DNA of 63,425 nt, filler included, from Octopus bimaculoides (lineage: Eukaryota), in the NCBI RefSeq assembly GCF_001194135.2. It is 6 parts of 6 records of this genome, joined end to end, with 100 filler letters (N's around TTAATTAATTAA, not from the genome) between each part and the next. Parts side by side here need not be neighbours in the genome. Positions count along the whole stretch, not along the records: positions 9,624 to 31,472 come from NC_068997.1; positions 31,573 to 36,299 come from NC_068981.1; 4 more parts are not named here. One strand, 5' to 3'. The translations under genes and the position numbers were made by a program. The notes below the pieces were generated by a model. It was not told the DNA's origin. It ran no database searches and worked only from the letters and a program-made list of their open reading frames with translations. Shown here in pieces: positions 23,629 to 36,299 of this stretch. Position 1 is the stretch's first letter. Each line of letters begins with the position of its first letter.

Positions 23629-23658
23629 TACAAACAGACAGACAAGCAGATTAATATA

Positions 23659-24240
23659 TACAGGGTGCGTAAGATATTAGAGGACAGATTTATGTTTTTA
23701 AAAGAACAGATATATAATAACAGATAACTTTATTTATGAAAAAACACTATGAGGATAAAAATAAACCTTCTTTTCTATAATGTTATTCAATAAAGTCACC
23801 TTCAGCTTCGGCAACTGCTTCTATGTGAGATCTAAATCATCTCCATGCTCGAATCAAGCGGTCCTGGTTCATTTTTCGACATTACTCTGACTATGGCAGC
23901 TTTCAAAGAATCTTTGGTGTTATGGGCATGTTCATTGATCTCTCTCTCAACAACACTCCACATGTAATAGTCCAATGGATTGAGATCTGGGGGAATTAGG
24001 AGGCCTAATGTTAGGGGTTATGTGATCATGAAAATTTTCAGCCATCCATTCCTGCGTTACTAGAGCCATGTGTGATAGTGCAGAGTCTTACTGAAACACA
24101 TATGGCCTTCCATTGCATACACTGTCTATCCAGGGCTTAACAATTATTTCCAGGACCTCAATGTAGGTGGTAGAGTTAACTCTAAGGCCTTGTGGAAAGA
24201 AGTAAGGAGGCATCCCATGTCCTTCATTGCTGACAACCCC
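23659..24240 (-). mobile_element. Tc1/mariner maT (DD37D)-type transposase 3' fossil with terminal TA|CAGGGTG
   Basis: Minus strand reads VVSNEGHGMPPYFFPQGLRVNSTTYIEVLEIIVKPWIDSVCNGRPYVFQ*DSALSHMALVTQEWMAENF, with a degenerate SPDLNPLDY region. Confidence 0.85.
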
Positions 24241-25322
24241 CCAAAAAACAACCCCACTCCCAACACATTGGCATAGTGTACCTCAGAGTACATTAACCAA
24301 TATAACCTTTTTTCTGTAAGGCAGTAGGGTGTGATTTGAGAGAAACCTGGTGACTATTTCTAGCAGCGAGAACAACCATGTAGAACCTCTCTTGCTGGTG
24401 CATACAGTAACATGTGCAAATTGTGTGTGTGTGTGTGAAAGTGTGACTGTATATGTGTGTGTGTATGTGCAAGTGTATGTATGTGTGTGTATGAGTGTGA
24501 GCGTGTGTAATAATATATGTGTATGTTAGCATATACATGGTTGTTGTTGACGTCCAGGTCAGACCTAATTAAGCAGACATGTGATTAAATGATTTCCAGT
24601 AAATAAGAACCCTTTCTCTTTATCCACACAGAACATGTTTAGACCACATTATCTCATATATCTTTCCTCTCGTTTTTTAACAAACTAGGATGTGATTTGG
24701 GGCTGACATTTTGTCAGATTGATTTATTAATGTCAGTGTTATTTTGGTTTTGTGAGTTTTTTTGTTTTTTTTTTACTTTGTGAAAGGAACATTATTTTCC
24801 TATTAAAATGAAACTGAATTGTTTAAAAAAAAAAAGCAAGAACTTTATTTTGTATTAATTTTATTTTCATTTAAATAGAAATAAATTGGTGTGTTCAGCA
24901 ACAGAAAGTCCAATGACAAAATGTTCAGCCATGGTGATTTAAAGGAAATTCAGCTCATATTTCTAGCAGAATGGATGGCCATGTAGAGGCTCTTTCCTTA
25001 CCTCTAATTAATATGTATGTCTGTGATAGATGGGAGTCTTTGCTGATATATTTGTTAACTTATTTATATCGCAAATTTGTGAATAATATCATTGTTGGTT
25101 ACTGAGTTTCAAAGGGCTAAATGACAAATGCACTGCTATCTGATGGCAAGAGTGACTAGGGAGTATCTGCAACTCAGAGCAGAACAAATATCTCAAGAGA
25201 TTTTACTTAAAAAGAACCATTTTTATGGTTTTACACACACACTTAAACACACTCCGACACAGATTATATGGTGAAATTCTGCACAGTTTTCGTCAACTAA
25301 ATTCCATTTATACGGTATTACT

Positions 25323-25699
25323 CAAACTTGGGCATCAAACCATTAATCTGTTAATCATTAATCAACGAAGTTAACATTTTCATTACCAATTTAACTTTTA
25401 TGTTAACCCTGGAAATCATTATTGGACTGATTAACTTCCATTACATTTAATCTCTGTTAATTTCAATTCAGTTGAAATTAATGGATTTTACAGTTTTGGC
25501 AGTTTTTAAAGGTGTTTTTAGAGCAAAATCTGATTTTTTGTTGTTTTTTTCTATAATAAAAATTAATGTTAACAGTTTATCTATAATTCCCATTACATTT
25601 TTAAAGAATTAACTGATTAACAGTTATCGAAGTTAACTCTTTGGCTGATGGATTAATGGTCAACGAAGTTAACTTTTCAATTAACGGTGCCCACCTTTG
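25323..25699. mobile_element. hAT-superfamily MITE with 8-bp target-site duplication
   Basis: TSD gtattact at 25315-25322 and 25700-25707. The 12-bp TIR (caaacttgggca / tgcccacctttg) is imperfect. Many subterminal gttaa/ttaac motifs. Confidence 0.85.
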
Positions 25700-25884
25700 G
25701 TATTACTTAACTTGAATCTTTGGTGGAAGGTATTTACAAAAGATGTTGTGAAGTGGGAATGCATGCAGAAGCATGTGATTGCAAAGTGAACTTTTTGAGC
25801 ATATAAACATGTTACACATGGGTGTGTGTATAAACATGTTACACATGTCCCACATGAACATATTACTGCATACTTATACTATCC

Positions 25885-26205
25885 ATCGATTCTTGCTGTT
25901 GCATGGTGACTTGCATGCCTCAATGACCCTGAGCTATGTGAGCAGACCACAACTCCTGGTAGGGCTTTCCATGCTGAACAGATCAAAGGATAGGGCCCAG
26001 ACTAGTACAGAACACTTCTTCCCAAAGGTAAAAATGGGTTTGCTTGAGGCTGACACCTTTACCTAAAAAAATGGCAAAGTTACAGAAGCATCAATGATAG
26101 TCAAAAACCAAACAAGACCAGGGAGAGAGAAAGACAGCCCAGGGTCAAGGAGATTGGAGAAATGTCATTAATGGCCTTTGCTGCATAAGGTGTTGAAGGG
26201 TTTAC
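25885..26205 (+). mobile_element. Internally deleted RTE-type element (5' UTR fused to 3' end)
   Basis: The 5' part (gcatgcctcaatgaccctgagctatg...ctggtagggctttccatgctgaacagatcaaag) is homologous to 46245-46385 (minus). The 3' part resembles RTE C-terminal coding sequence. Confidence 0.55.
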
Positions 26206-27881
26206 ATAAGTGATCCTTATATTATACAAATGTTATTTCTATTCACATGTACCAAACAAAATAAAAGCAAAGGATGAAGAATAACAAGCAAGCCTTAGTA
26301 ATGTCTGTGTATCAAAGAACAATATTTGATTACACCATTAGGAATGAACTGACACCAGGAATACGAGTCGTTTTTGAAAGGTTTTATTGACTTTATTACA
26401 TAAGATCAATTCATTAATTGTTCCAACAGAAAACTAGTAGTTATGAGCAAGAAAAGAAATATACTTGATACACCAGAAATATGTAATAGGATATAAAACA
26501 TTATAAGCATGAATTTGAGACAGAAAAGAGAAGTAAAAACTCTAATGGTGAGCTTGTTGTTGCTTTCTGTTTTGCATTAATGCCTATCATATCTAATATC
26601 ATTTTACATCCAAAGTCTGGGCTGTTAATTCATTGAGAAACATGTAAATTCTTTATTGAATATCCAACTACTGTGATGGTTGTATTCTTGAGCAAGCTTT
26701 ATAACTCTCTTTTCCCAGTTGACAACAGTCTCTGAAACTGCTTTATACATCACAGAATAGACATCTAGGTGTGAATATAATTGTCGTAATAAAAACTACA
26801 TTAAAAATTGCTTTCACAGATAAATAGATGTGGAACAACAACAACAACAACAAAATCAAATAAATTAAAAATAAAGTTCTTTCCCAAATAATTAAAGTCT
26901 AAAGTTAGTTTACTAAACTTTTTGTTGTTGTTGTTTTGTTTGGATTTATAGGACTGATCAGTAACTTTGATATTTTTCTTTCTTTTTTAATTGCAGACAT
27001 TAAAAGAGTAAATATTTTGATCTTCACACACATTGGAAGAATTATAAAACAACTTTAAAACTACTCATTGTGAGAATTATTTTTTCTTCTTGTTCTTGGG
27101 GTTTTTTTTTTTTTTATGCTGAGTGGTTAGGAAGCCTTGAAACCATAAGGTCCTGGGTTCATTCCCATTGTGTGGCATCTTGGGCAAATGTGTTTATTGT
27201 AACCTCAAATCAACCAAAGTCTTATGAGTGGAAATGGGTTGACAGAAATTGTGTGGACATCAGTCAGATGGGCTGTATTTGTAATTTAAAGGTCCAAGCT
27301 TGTCACATATTTTGTCACATTGAATCCACTTGGGAATAATTCTAAGAGTTCACATGACTGGAATACTCAACCACTTACATAATAATTTAACAAGTAGGAT
27401 GTTCAGTTGATGATCAAGCAACTGAATACTCAGAAGATCCATTACATGTTTATAAAGCAGAAGGCATCCCTGAGAAATTTCTCCCATTCGTTAAATTAAT
27501 GATCAGTTTGAATGCCTCACTGCTTCACAAGTTGGAGAGAAAACATAGGCCAGAGAGGATGAGCAGGTGGAGGGGTGGGGCAGATGTATCTGGAATGGTA
27601 AGGAGAGAGAGAGAGAGTTATTGTATCAGTCCGGTGGTTGTACTTTGTTTGGAAAAAACCAATCTACTTAGAGAACCAATAATGTGTCTACTATAGACTA
27701 TTATTTCCTTTGCACTCGATATATATTCACCACAATATTGATCAGTTACCTCTTCATCCTTTTGTGTAAATAATTAACCCCACTACCATCCTTCACCCAC
27801 CCCCACCCCCCAACACTCAGCCTTCAATGAATATCGATATATAAAAGCCAACAAAGAAGCTTTTAAACAGTCTCTTAACTT

Positions 27882-28202
27882 GCTAGAAATAGCAACCAAA
27901 TTTCCTCAAATCTGACCTTGTTGTCTTTAAAATGGAAGGCCATGGCTGAACACCTTCAGTCAAAAATCTACTCAAACATGACTGACCAGGAACTGCATAA
28001 TTACAACAGCAATATGTATTCTAATGTAGAGATGTTATTAAACCCCGAGTCAACCACGACCAAGTAGAACAATGACTGAAAGTATTCCAGCTGTGATTTT
28101 TTTTTTTTTTCTAGACACACCTCTAGATTACATCAGCTGATGTCTAATTCCTATTTTAAAACAATAATGTGTGATTTGAGGGATTTTGTCTACTATTTCT
28201 AG
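27882..28202. mobile_element. MITE with about 50-bp imperfect TIRs (ctagaaatagc..ccctcaaatc); single-TIR fragments also at about 12.37, 18.87, 24.33, 24.69, 24.94 and 38.78 kb
   Basis: Left ctagaaatagcaaccaaatttcctcaaatc matches the reverse complement of right gatttgagggattttgtctactatttctag. Confidence 0.7.
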
Positions 28203-29005
28203 AAAGTATACTTCAATATACTTGCTATATGACCTGAACTCCTTTTAATGTTAAAGAAGAAGAAAAATGACAAGGCATGGTTGTGTGGTTTCAAATGCAG
28301 TCCCATTGTACAATGCCATGAGCAAGTGTCTTCTACTATTGCCCCAGGCTGAACAAAGACTTGTAAGTTGATGTGGTAACTGGAGACTGAAAGAAGCCCA
28401 TTTATTTATATATATTATCATCATCATCATCATCATTTAACGTCCGTTTTCTATGCTGGCATGGGTTGGATGGATAGACAGGAGCTGGCCAGCTGAAGAA
28501 CTGTCCAGGTTCAAATTGTCTGTTTTGGCATGGTTGGCATGAGGCATGAGATTAATTTACACCAAAGCTGCACGTTGTCAGTTGAACCAACCAAACACAG
28601 AATATATAACTTATACTTCTTTTAATAATACAACTGAGAAAGGTAAAAGTTATGTTGATCCTCATAAGATAAAAATTCAGAATGTTGATGGATGAATCAA
28701 AATACTAGGAGATATTTAATCTGATACTCTGTATTTCATCAAATTCTTGTAAATAATTAACAACTAATGATAACGAACTATTATGAAGAGAAATATGAAT
28801 AAATGATTTAAAAGTTGGTTTATACTCAAATCAGCAATGATCAAGCAAAACTGTGATCAAAAGTATTCAAGTGATGAGCATCTAATCTATTTTTCTGTGC
28901 AATATCTAGAATTACACGATCCAAAATATCCTTTCCTTTTTATGACAGTAAAATGTGATACAAGATTGTGTTGCTATTTTTAGCAAGCTAGATGACTATT
29001 TAGAA

Positions 29006-29555
29006 CAGTGGTTCACAACCATTTTTTACCTATGGACCCCTTCGATTCCTATTTTACTCAGGTGGGTTGTCATAGCCATTCAATCATCATCATCGTCGTT
29101 TAAACGTCCGCTTTCCATGCTAGCATGGGTTGGACGATTTGACTGAGGACTGGTGAAACCAGATGGCTACACCAGGCTCCAATCTGATTTGGCAGAGTTT
29201 TTACAGTTGGATGCCCTTCCTAACGCCAACCAGTCAGAGAGTGTAGTGGATGCTTTTTACATGCCACAGGCACGAAGGCCAGTCAGGCGGTACTGGCAAC
29301 GGCCACACTCAAAATGGTGTATTTTATGTGCCACCCGCACAAGAGCCAGTCCAGGGGCACTGGCAATGTTCAAAAAAATCCTATTATATTTTTATATTCA
29401 AATATTATAAGAAATTTTATACAAAAATGTTGTGCATTATAGAAGTGTAACCAATTTATTGCACATAGATTTTAACAAAATCTTATATGGACTCCCAAGT
29501 GCCATACAAACCCCAAAGGGCCACATGGACCCCCAAGCGCAATACAGTCTGCTGT
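29006..29555. mobile_element. hAT/Charlie-like MITE remnant (cagtggttcacaacc...) interrupted by an antisense RTE tail (29087-29367)
   Basis: CAGTGGTTxxCAACC start (also at 53607) and a ggacccc motif on both sides of the RTE insert. Confidence 0.55.
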
Positions 29556-30644
29556 TGAAAATCACTGATTTAGAGGTTCCCGCAGCTTGTAATATGAAAA
29601 GTTGGTGTAAAATACAAGAAAAATATGTTGTAAATTTTAGTGTTTTGACCAATTTCACCATTTTCTAAGCTTATTGACTAATTTCTTCTGTTTTGTCAGT
29701 ACCCTCAGCTTTATTTATGAGATATGATTTTGGCAAAAGTTTTGATCTCAGAAAAATTGTTGTAACTACTAACATCAATAATCAATCATTCTGCAGTATT
29801 AATTACAGAACTAGATACATCTTACTGTTTATTGCAACATTATTGAACTTTTACAGAACATTTTGACTGAAAAAAAAAGAAAAAGTAAAAATCAGAGAGA
29901 AATACTATTTTCAGGCCAGGTTAGTTGCAATCATAAAAGAAAATGGGTCTTGTTTTCATGAATTTGGGATAGGTTTTTTCTTCTTTTTTTATTATTATGT
30001 GTAAAGTAAATTTGCTATCAATTTAAATTGCTTTCAGGAAAATGCAATGGCTGTAAAACAAATATGGAAGTGTTGATGCAAACTGCCATTTCTTTCATCG
30101 TAATTCCATTCACATCTACGATGCTTTATAGGAATATTAAAATGACCCCAGTATTTCATTAATACTTTATTTTATAGATATTTGGAAGGATGAAAGGCAA
30201 AGTTGACCTTAATTGAATTACGTCTACATACATAAAATGCATATCAACATAATTTCTTTTAAGATATTGATTGCTACACTAGGTAGTAGTGCAAAATGCA
30301 TTCAAAAACTGACCAATTATCAACAGAAATATTTCCTTTCTTTTTTATTCAGTAATTTTTTCATTTTTTTTTTTTTGTTACTATTTCTTTCAGTTATGTA
30401 ACGGAATAAGGATGGACATCAAATGAAATTCTATGTAATTTTCAATTTTCTTCTTTATTTTCTGTGACTAATGACTAAGTGAGGCAATTTCACCTCAGTT
30501 GGAGCAATGACTGGCAATATAGTAGAGGTCAGGACAAAATGCCTTTAAGTATTATTTATATACACCAACAGTCTGAGTTCAAATCCCAACCAGCCACTTA
30601 GCCATTTTGCATCACTTGGAGGAAATGAGCACGGTCAGCAAACA

Positions 30645-31145
30645 GAATGTATAGCTCCCACGTAAACTGACTGACTTCAACTGTCAACACAGCATAGATG
30701 CCTGCAGGACATTTATAGTCCAAGAAGCATCATTTTGATAGGCTGAACAAAGCGGTTACTGCAGATGAGAAATGGTGTCTGTACTCGAACATAACCTGTA
30801 AAAGAAGCTGGACGGACAAGAGTGCACATCCTCAAGCAAAAGCCTACCTCCATCAAAAGAAGCTCGTGGTTTGTGTCTGGTAGGATGTGAAGAGCATGAG
30901 TCAGTGGGAAAGACTGGAACACAATCAACACTCAACTCTACTGTCAACAATTGCACAAAAATGTCCAGAATTTACAGTTGCCATGTTTCTTCATGATAAT
31001 GCCCGACCACACATTGCAAATCTTACCTATGAAAATCTTCTGGAGATGGAGTGGGAAGTTCTCTCTCACCTACCATACTCACCAGACCTGGCACCAACAG
31101 ATTACTACCCATTCCAGGCACTGCAAAACTTCTGAATGGCAAAAT
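30645..31145 (+). mobile_element. Degenerate mariner transposase (DD34D)
   Basis: VTADEKWCLYSNITCKRSW, LHQKKLVVCVW*D and FLHDNARPHIA...WEVLSHLPYSPDLAPTDYY motifs. Confidence 0.92.
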
Positions 31146-31149
31146 GTGA

Positions 31150-31385
31150 TTGGAGCCTGGTGCAGCTACTGGCTCTCCAGACCTCAGTCAAACCATCCAA
31201 CCTATGCCAGCATGGAAAACGGACATTAAACAATGATGATGATGCAACGGGCTTCTCTCTGTTTCTGTTTCCTAAATCCACTCACAAGCAGAAGAAATCT
31301 GCCTATGGTACCATACAGTGGGACTGAACCTGAAACCACCTGAATGGAGAGCAGACTTTTCAACTACACAGCCACACCTGTACCT
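31150..31385. mobile_element. RTE tail fragment (+, 31150-31245) abutting a SINE A head (-, 31255-31385)
   Basis: Matches the other copies in the window. Confidence 0.75.
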
Positions 31386-31572
31386 ATTATATGCTCTTCA
31401 ATCTTTCTTGATTATTCTCATTGCCTTCAAAATATTCAATATCTTATATATATATCATCATCATCATCATCGNNNNNNNNNNNNNNNNNNNNNNNNNNNN
31501 NNNNNNNNNNNNNNNNTTAATTAATTAANNNNNNNNNNNNNNNNNNNNNNNNNNNNNNNNNNNNNNNNNNNN

Positions 31573-31612
<40 letters not shown>

Positions 31613-31646
31613 CATATATATATATTATATATTATATTTGATGTGT

Positions 31647-32468
31647 CTAGGAAGGAGATATAGGACAATGGTCGTCCAATTTAGGACAGTAGAGGAGGTG
31701 AGGAGGCTGGCGAGTGTGGCGGTGAAAACAGAGGAAGCAGTGTTTCTGCCCATATAACTTGGAAGAAAGACTTCCAAGGCAAGGGCAGAAGCAATCCCAC
31801 CTGATATAGAAGTGGCTTGGGTAGCGGCGGCTGTCCTTGTTGGAATTGAAGAGAAATTGGCTGTCCTTCAAGCCACAGAAACGGAAGAAGGAGGGTGGAA
31901 AGGGAATACATTAGAATTAATTATACAGATGGAGGAGGAACAACTGGAGAATTTAGCAGAGACGGTGACGTTAGGAGAAATTGCGCTAAAAGTGTGGGTA
32001 GAGGGCAGAGTACCACGTTGTTTTAAATGTGGCCAAAAGGGCCACATTATAGCATACTGCCCTCTACAGAGGACAATAGCAGAGGAAACAGTTGTGGAGA
32101 CGGAAAAGAAAAGAGAGGAAGAAAAGATAGACGGAGGAAAGGAGGAAAAGGAAGAAGAATGGAGAGTAACAGAGAGTAGAAGGAAGAAGAGAAAAAGAAA
32201 GAACACTGAGTGTGATGTGTACCCCAGTCCAACTCCATCCCGCCCAAGACAACTCAGACCCACAAACCCCATACAGACACCAAACCCACCCACCCCATTT
32301 CCCCACAGGAAAAAAGAGCAGACACCTCAGAATTTAGAAGACCCCTCCCCTGGTGAAAAAGGTTACGAGAGAGTGCAGTCATGGAGCGATAGCGGAACTG
32401 GAACAGAGACTAAAAGGAAATTAAGACTCAGAGGCGGCGAGTGGTGTTGCTCAGTGTGGGGTGAGTAG
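31647..32468 (+). mobile_element. Non-LTR retrotransposon ORF1 (L1/Tx1-type gag-like) with one CCHC zinc knuckle; one internal stop
   Basis: LGRRYRTMVVQFRTVEEVRRLA...PI*LGRKTSKARAEAIPPDIEVAWV...KVWVEGRVPRCFKCGQKGHIIAYCP, followed by an acidic/basic low-complexity tail. No ORF2 follows. Confidence 0.75.
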
Positions 32469-32659
32469 CACACTCTTCATATTTTCATTTTCAACTATCA
32501 CACATGTTATAATTTTAATTTGTTTTTCATGTTCATTTTCATGTGTCATTCATAATATCATATTTTATTTTTATATATTTTTAATTGTTATATGTCCCCA
32601 CACGTGTTGTAGTGTCCCCTCTGTGTAATGCCTTTATGGCAAAAATATTGAAATAAAGT

Positions 32660-32802
32660 AGCTTGCTTCCAGCCACATGGTTCCGGGTTCAGTCCCACTG
32701 CGTAGCACCTTGGGCAAGTATCTTCTGCTGTAGCCTCGGGCCGACCAAAGCCTTGTGAGTGGATTTGGAATACGGAAACTGAAAGAAGCCCGTCATATAT
32801 AT

Positions 32803-32837
<35 letters not shown>

Positions 32838-32883
32838 NNNNNNNNNNNNNNNNNNNNNNNNNNNNNNNNNNNNNNNNNNGTGT

Positions 32884-32938
<55 letters not shown>

Positions 32939-33130
32939 TGTATCTGTGTTTGTCCCTCCAACATCGCTTGACAACCGATGCTAGTGCGTTTACGTAACTT
33001 AGCGGTTCGGCAAAAGAGACCGATAGAATAAGTACTAGGCTTACAAAAATAAACCTTGGGATCAATTTGCTCGACGAAAGGCGGTGATACAGCATGGATG
33101 CAGTCAAATGACTGAAACAAATAAAAGAAT
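32660..33130 (+). mobile_element. SINE family A with expanded internal (TG)n and a gap
   Basis: Head, body and tail match the family A consensus. Confidence 0.85.
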
Positions 33131-33146
33131 ATATTATATATATATT

Positions 33147-33179
<33 letters not shown>

Positions 33180-33181
33180 CA

Positions 33182-33259
<78 letters not shown>

Positions 33260-33304
33260 TGGATAGATAGATAGATAGATATATTTGTATGCATGTATAT
33301 CAAG

Positions 33305-33590
33305 ACTCACGGCCTAGTGTGTTAGGCCATGATCGCGAGATCGTGATTTCAACTCTTGGACCAGATGGTGCGTTGTGAACTTGAGCAAAGCACTTCGTTT
33401 CCCGTTGCACTACGATCACTTCGATATCTGACGCGTGGTACACCGTGCATCTATACAGGCAATGTTGATTTGATGAACGGAGTGAACTAATGTACAGCAC
33501 AAATATTTGATCACTATTAGCAAATCATTTGTGCAGGTTGTTTAGCAAGAAATCACGGAACGGTCTTTCTCTGACTACAAGAGACTACCA
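33305..33590 (+). mobile_element. tRNA-derived SINE, family E (ggcctagtgtgttagg...ttgagcaaagcactt); partial copies at about 45440 and 52835
   Basis: A/B-box-like head and the shared ttgagcaaagcacttc segment. Confidence 0.65.
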
Positions 33591-33649
33591 CCATGCATGC
33601 ATGTATGTATGTATGCATGGATTGATGGACAATGCGGATAAACAAATTA

Positions 33650-34445
33650 GACACATCAAATATACCCGCTCAACCTGATCCCTCTTATAGTGATAAATTG
33701 GATCTGTAGTCTTCGAATTAGCTTTCTCCTTTCTGGTTTTGAGAAGCCTAATTTCTCAAGATTGATGTTTAGGCAGTGTGTTACATATCCCAGGGCCCTA
33801 ATAATTACATGTATGAACTTGAACTTGTAATCTGGATAGAGTAACTGCAGATTTCTCAATAGTTCAGCATATGTATTCTCTTTTCATTGATCTTCAGCTT
33901 TATGTTAACATCCGCTCTATCCCAAATCATTATATCAAATCTGTTGTGCTTACATATTATTTAGGTCTTCACTGGAACATTCTACCAGTACTCCTTTTCA
34001 TTATGAGTGGCTATGGCTTCTGCCATACTGTGGGTTCTTATTTCTTTGTCCTCGGGTTTATCCTTCCGACGGATTTCATTATAGAGTGTCCTAGCTACAA
34101 CATTATGTCTCTTCGATAGATAATACCGTGATGACATTTTCGGACAACTGCTTATGACGTGGGTGATATCTTCGGTGTTAACTCCACAAAGTCTGCATCG
34201 GTTGTCCCATTTTACTGCTTATCCTGCATCTCTGTTCCATTATGTGCATCAGGTTGATATTTCCTCTTCCTGGATTGCAAACGCATACCCTTCAAAGTGG
34301 GAGGCAGTAGTCCGGTTATTGGTCCATGATAAACTACTTTGATGATCGCTGTTACTATCATCTCGGAGCTTTCTATTAACATATCCATGCATAATCTTTT
34401 GCTTATATAGGCTCATCCTTTCATCTGATGATACGTACATCATCA
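33650..34445 (-). mobile_element. R4/Dong-clade non-LTR retrotransposon 3' fragment (CCHC finger plus restriction-like endonuclease)
   Basis: SHFEGYAFAIQEEEIST, NRCRLCGVNTEDITHVISSCPKMSSRYY..RHNVVARTLY, HNRFDIMIWD and LLRNLQLLYPDYKFKFIHVIIRALG. Confidence 0.88.
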
Positions 34446-34947
34446 GATGATACATATATTCNNNNNNNNNNNNNNNNNNNNNNNNNNNNNNNNNNNNNNN
34501 NNNNNNNNNNNAGCTGCCTACCAAGTCTTATGATGTTATCAGCCTCATGTATATGTATGTATGTATGTACTTACATACGTACCTACGTACGAATGCCTGC
34601 ACGTATGCATACATGCACGCATGCAAGTATACACGCACGCACACATGAATATACATACATACATACATGCATACATGCATTCATACATACATACATACAT
34701 ACATACATACATACATACATACAAACATACATACATATGCGCATATATATACATATAATGCACAGCATATCGTAAATCAGAGAGACGGAAATGAATTATA
34801 ATATTGGAAAGCCTAAACGTTCAGCTTTTGATGTGAGAAAGAAGAAAACAAATTCTCTAGATGTACCGATTTACTTGAATGGGAAATGAAACCAAGTAAG
34901 ACTCATCAGAGGAGCAGTCAATGATAGGAGGCCCGCGATATTTTATT

Positions 34948-35433
34948 CCCACGAGAGTTCCGGATCCCAGTTATGAACTCATTTGCATACAGCTAATCAG
35001 AGCTCAACTATCAAACTAATTTATGAGCGCATAACAAGTGTTGGGTGGTAAGTTAAAGTCACTTGAGTACAGAATGACCATACGTCTTTTCTCTTTTGAT
35101 AATGCTTGTTGTTCTTGTTTTTGTTTCATTCATGGCTGCCTCTGAGTAGTTACTTGTGTTGTTTTTTTACTTTCTAAAACAGTAAAGGGAGATGGTTGCT
35201 AGCACATCACCCTATACCCACATATTTCCCATCCACATCTTTACCATACGGGACCCTAACAATCCACATCTTTACGATATAGGGCCATAACTTGGCGATC
35301 GGTCGACTTACAACACCGTTCTTCGTCTTGAGTTTACTTGATAGAGTTTGTTTGTTAACTTGAGAAGGTCAAGGTGAGCTCTGATTGGCTGTATGCAAAT
35401 GAGTTCATTACTGGGGTCTGGAACTCTCGTGGG
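34948..35433. mobile_element. MITE with 58-bp TIRs (4 mismatches) carrying octamer and CCAAT motifs
   Basis: 34948-35005 cccacgagagttcc...atttgcatacagctaatcagagctc matches 35376-35433 gagctctgattggctgtatgcaaat...ggaactctcgtggg in inverted orientation. Confidence 0.85.
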
Positions 35434-35600
35434 AAAAAAAGTTTCGCAGGATGCCCCCTTTCTCTTTTCTTCACGCAGCAGAAGGAGTGTGTTTCTATTC
35501 TTATATGTGTTTCACAGCTATCCTTTCTAATCTCTTAACTCTCCCCCCCCTCTCTCTCTCTCTTTCTCTATCTTTCTTGACACACACATATACGACCGAC

Positions 35601-35791
35601 TTTTGTCAGTTTCCACCTTCCAAATCCAATCACAAAGCTTTAGTCGTCACGGGGCTATTGAAAAAGACCTTGTCCAAGATGCTACGCAGTGGGACTGAAC
35701 CCGGAATCAAGGTACTACACAGTGGGAGCGAATGCAAAACTATGTGGTTAGAAAGGAAGGAAGCTTCTCTCCACACAGCCACGCCTGCGCC
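35601..35791 (-). mobile_element. SINE family A, 5' part
   Basis: Reverse complement of the A head and body. Confidence 0.8.
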
Positions 35792-36123
35792 AATGAATGC
35801 AGGCTTGCCACTGGATATATTGAATATCGACTGATAAGACAGAGTGGCAACTGATCTGTGTAGAATAGCATCTGCTTTCTCGTTCTGTTTCATTTCTATA
35901 TCGTGACAATGAGCACATCTCTGGAATCGTGGAATATTTCATGGAACACATAAAGTAGATTTGCCTTAGTTTTGTATGAATTCAGAAGAGTTCTTGACAG
36001 TCAATTCTGTGTATACAAATTTATATATATATATCACCATTTTATTCCTTCTGGAATAATACCAATGTTTTCTTCGAAACATATATCGGAAGTAAAAAGA
36101 TTTAAATAACATCTGCGTTTAAC

Positions 36124-36174
<51 letters not shown>

Positions 36175-36239
36175 GCATACATTCACACGCACAAACATGT
36201 ATTTATCACACACACACCCACACACACATGTATGTATGC

Positions 36240-36299
<60 letters not shown>

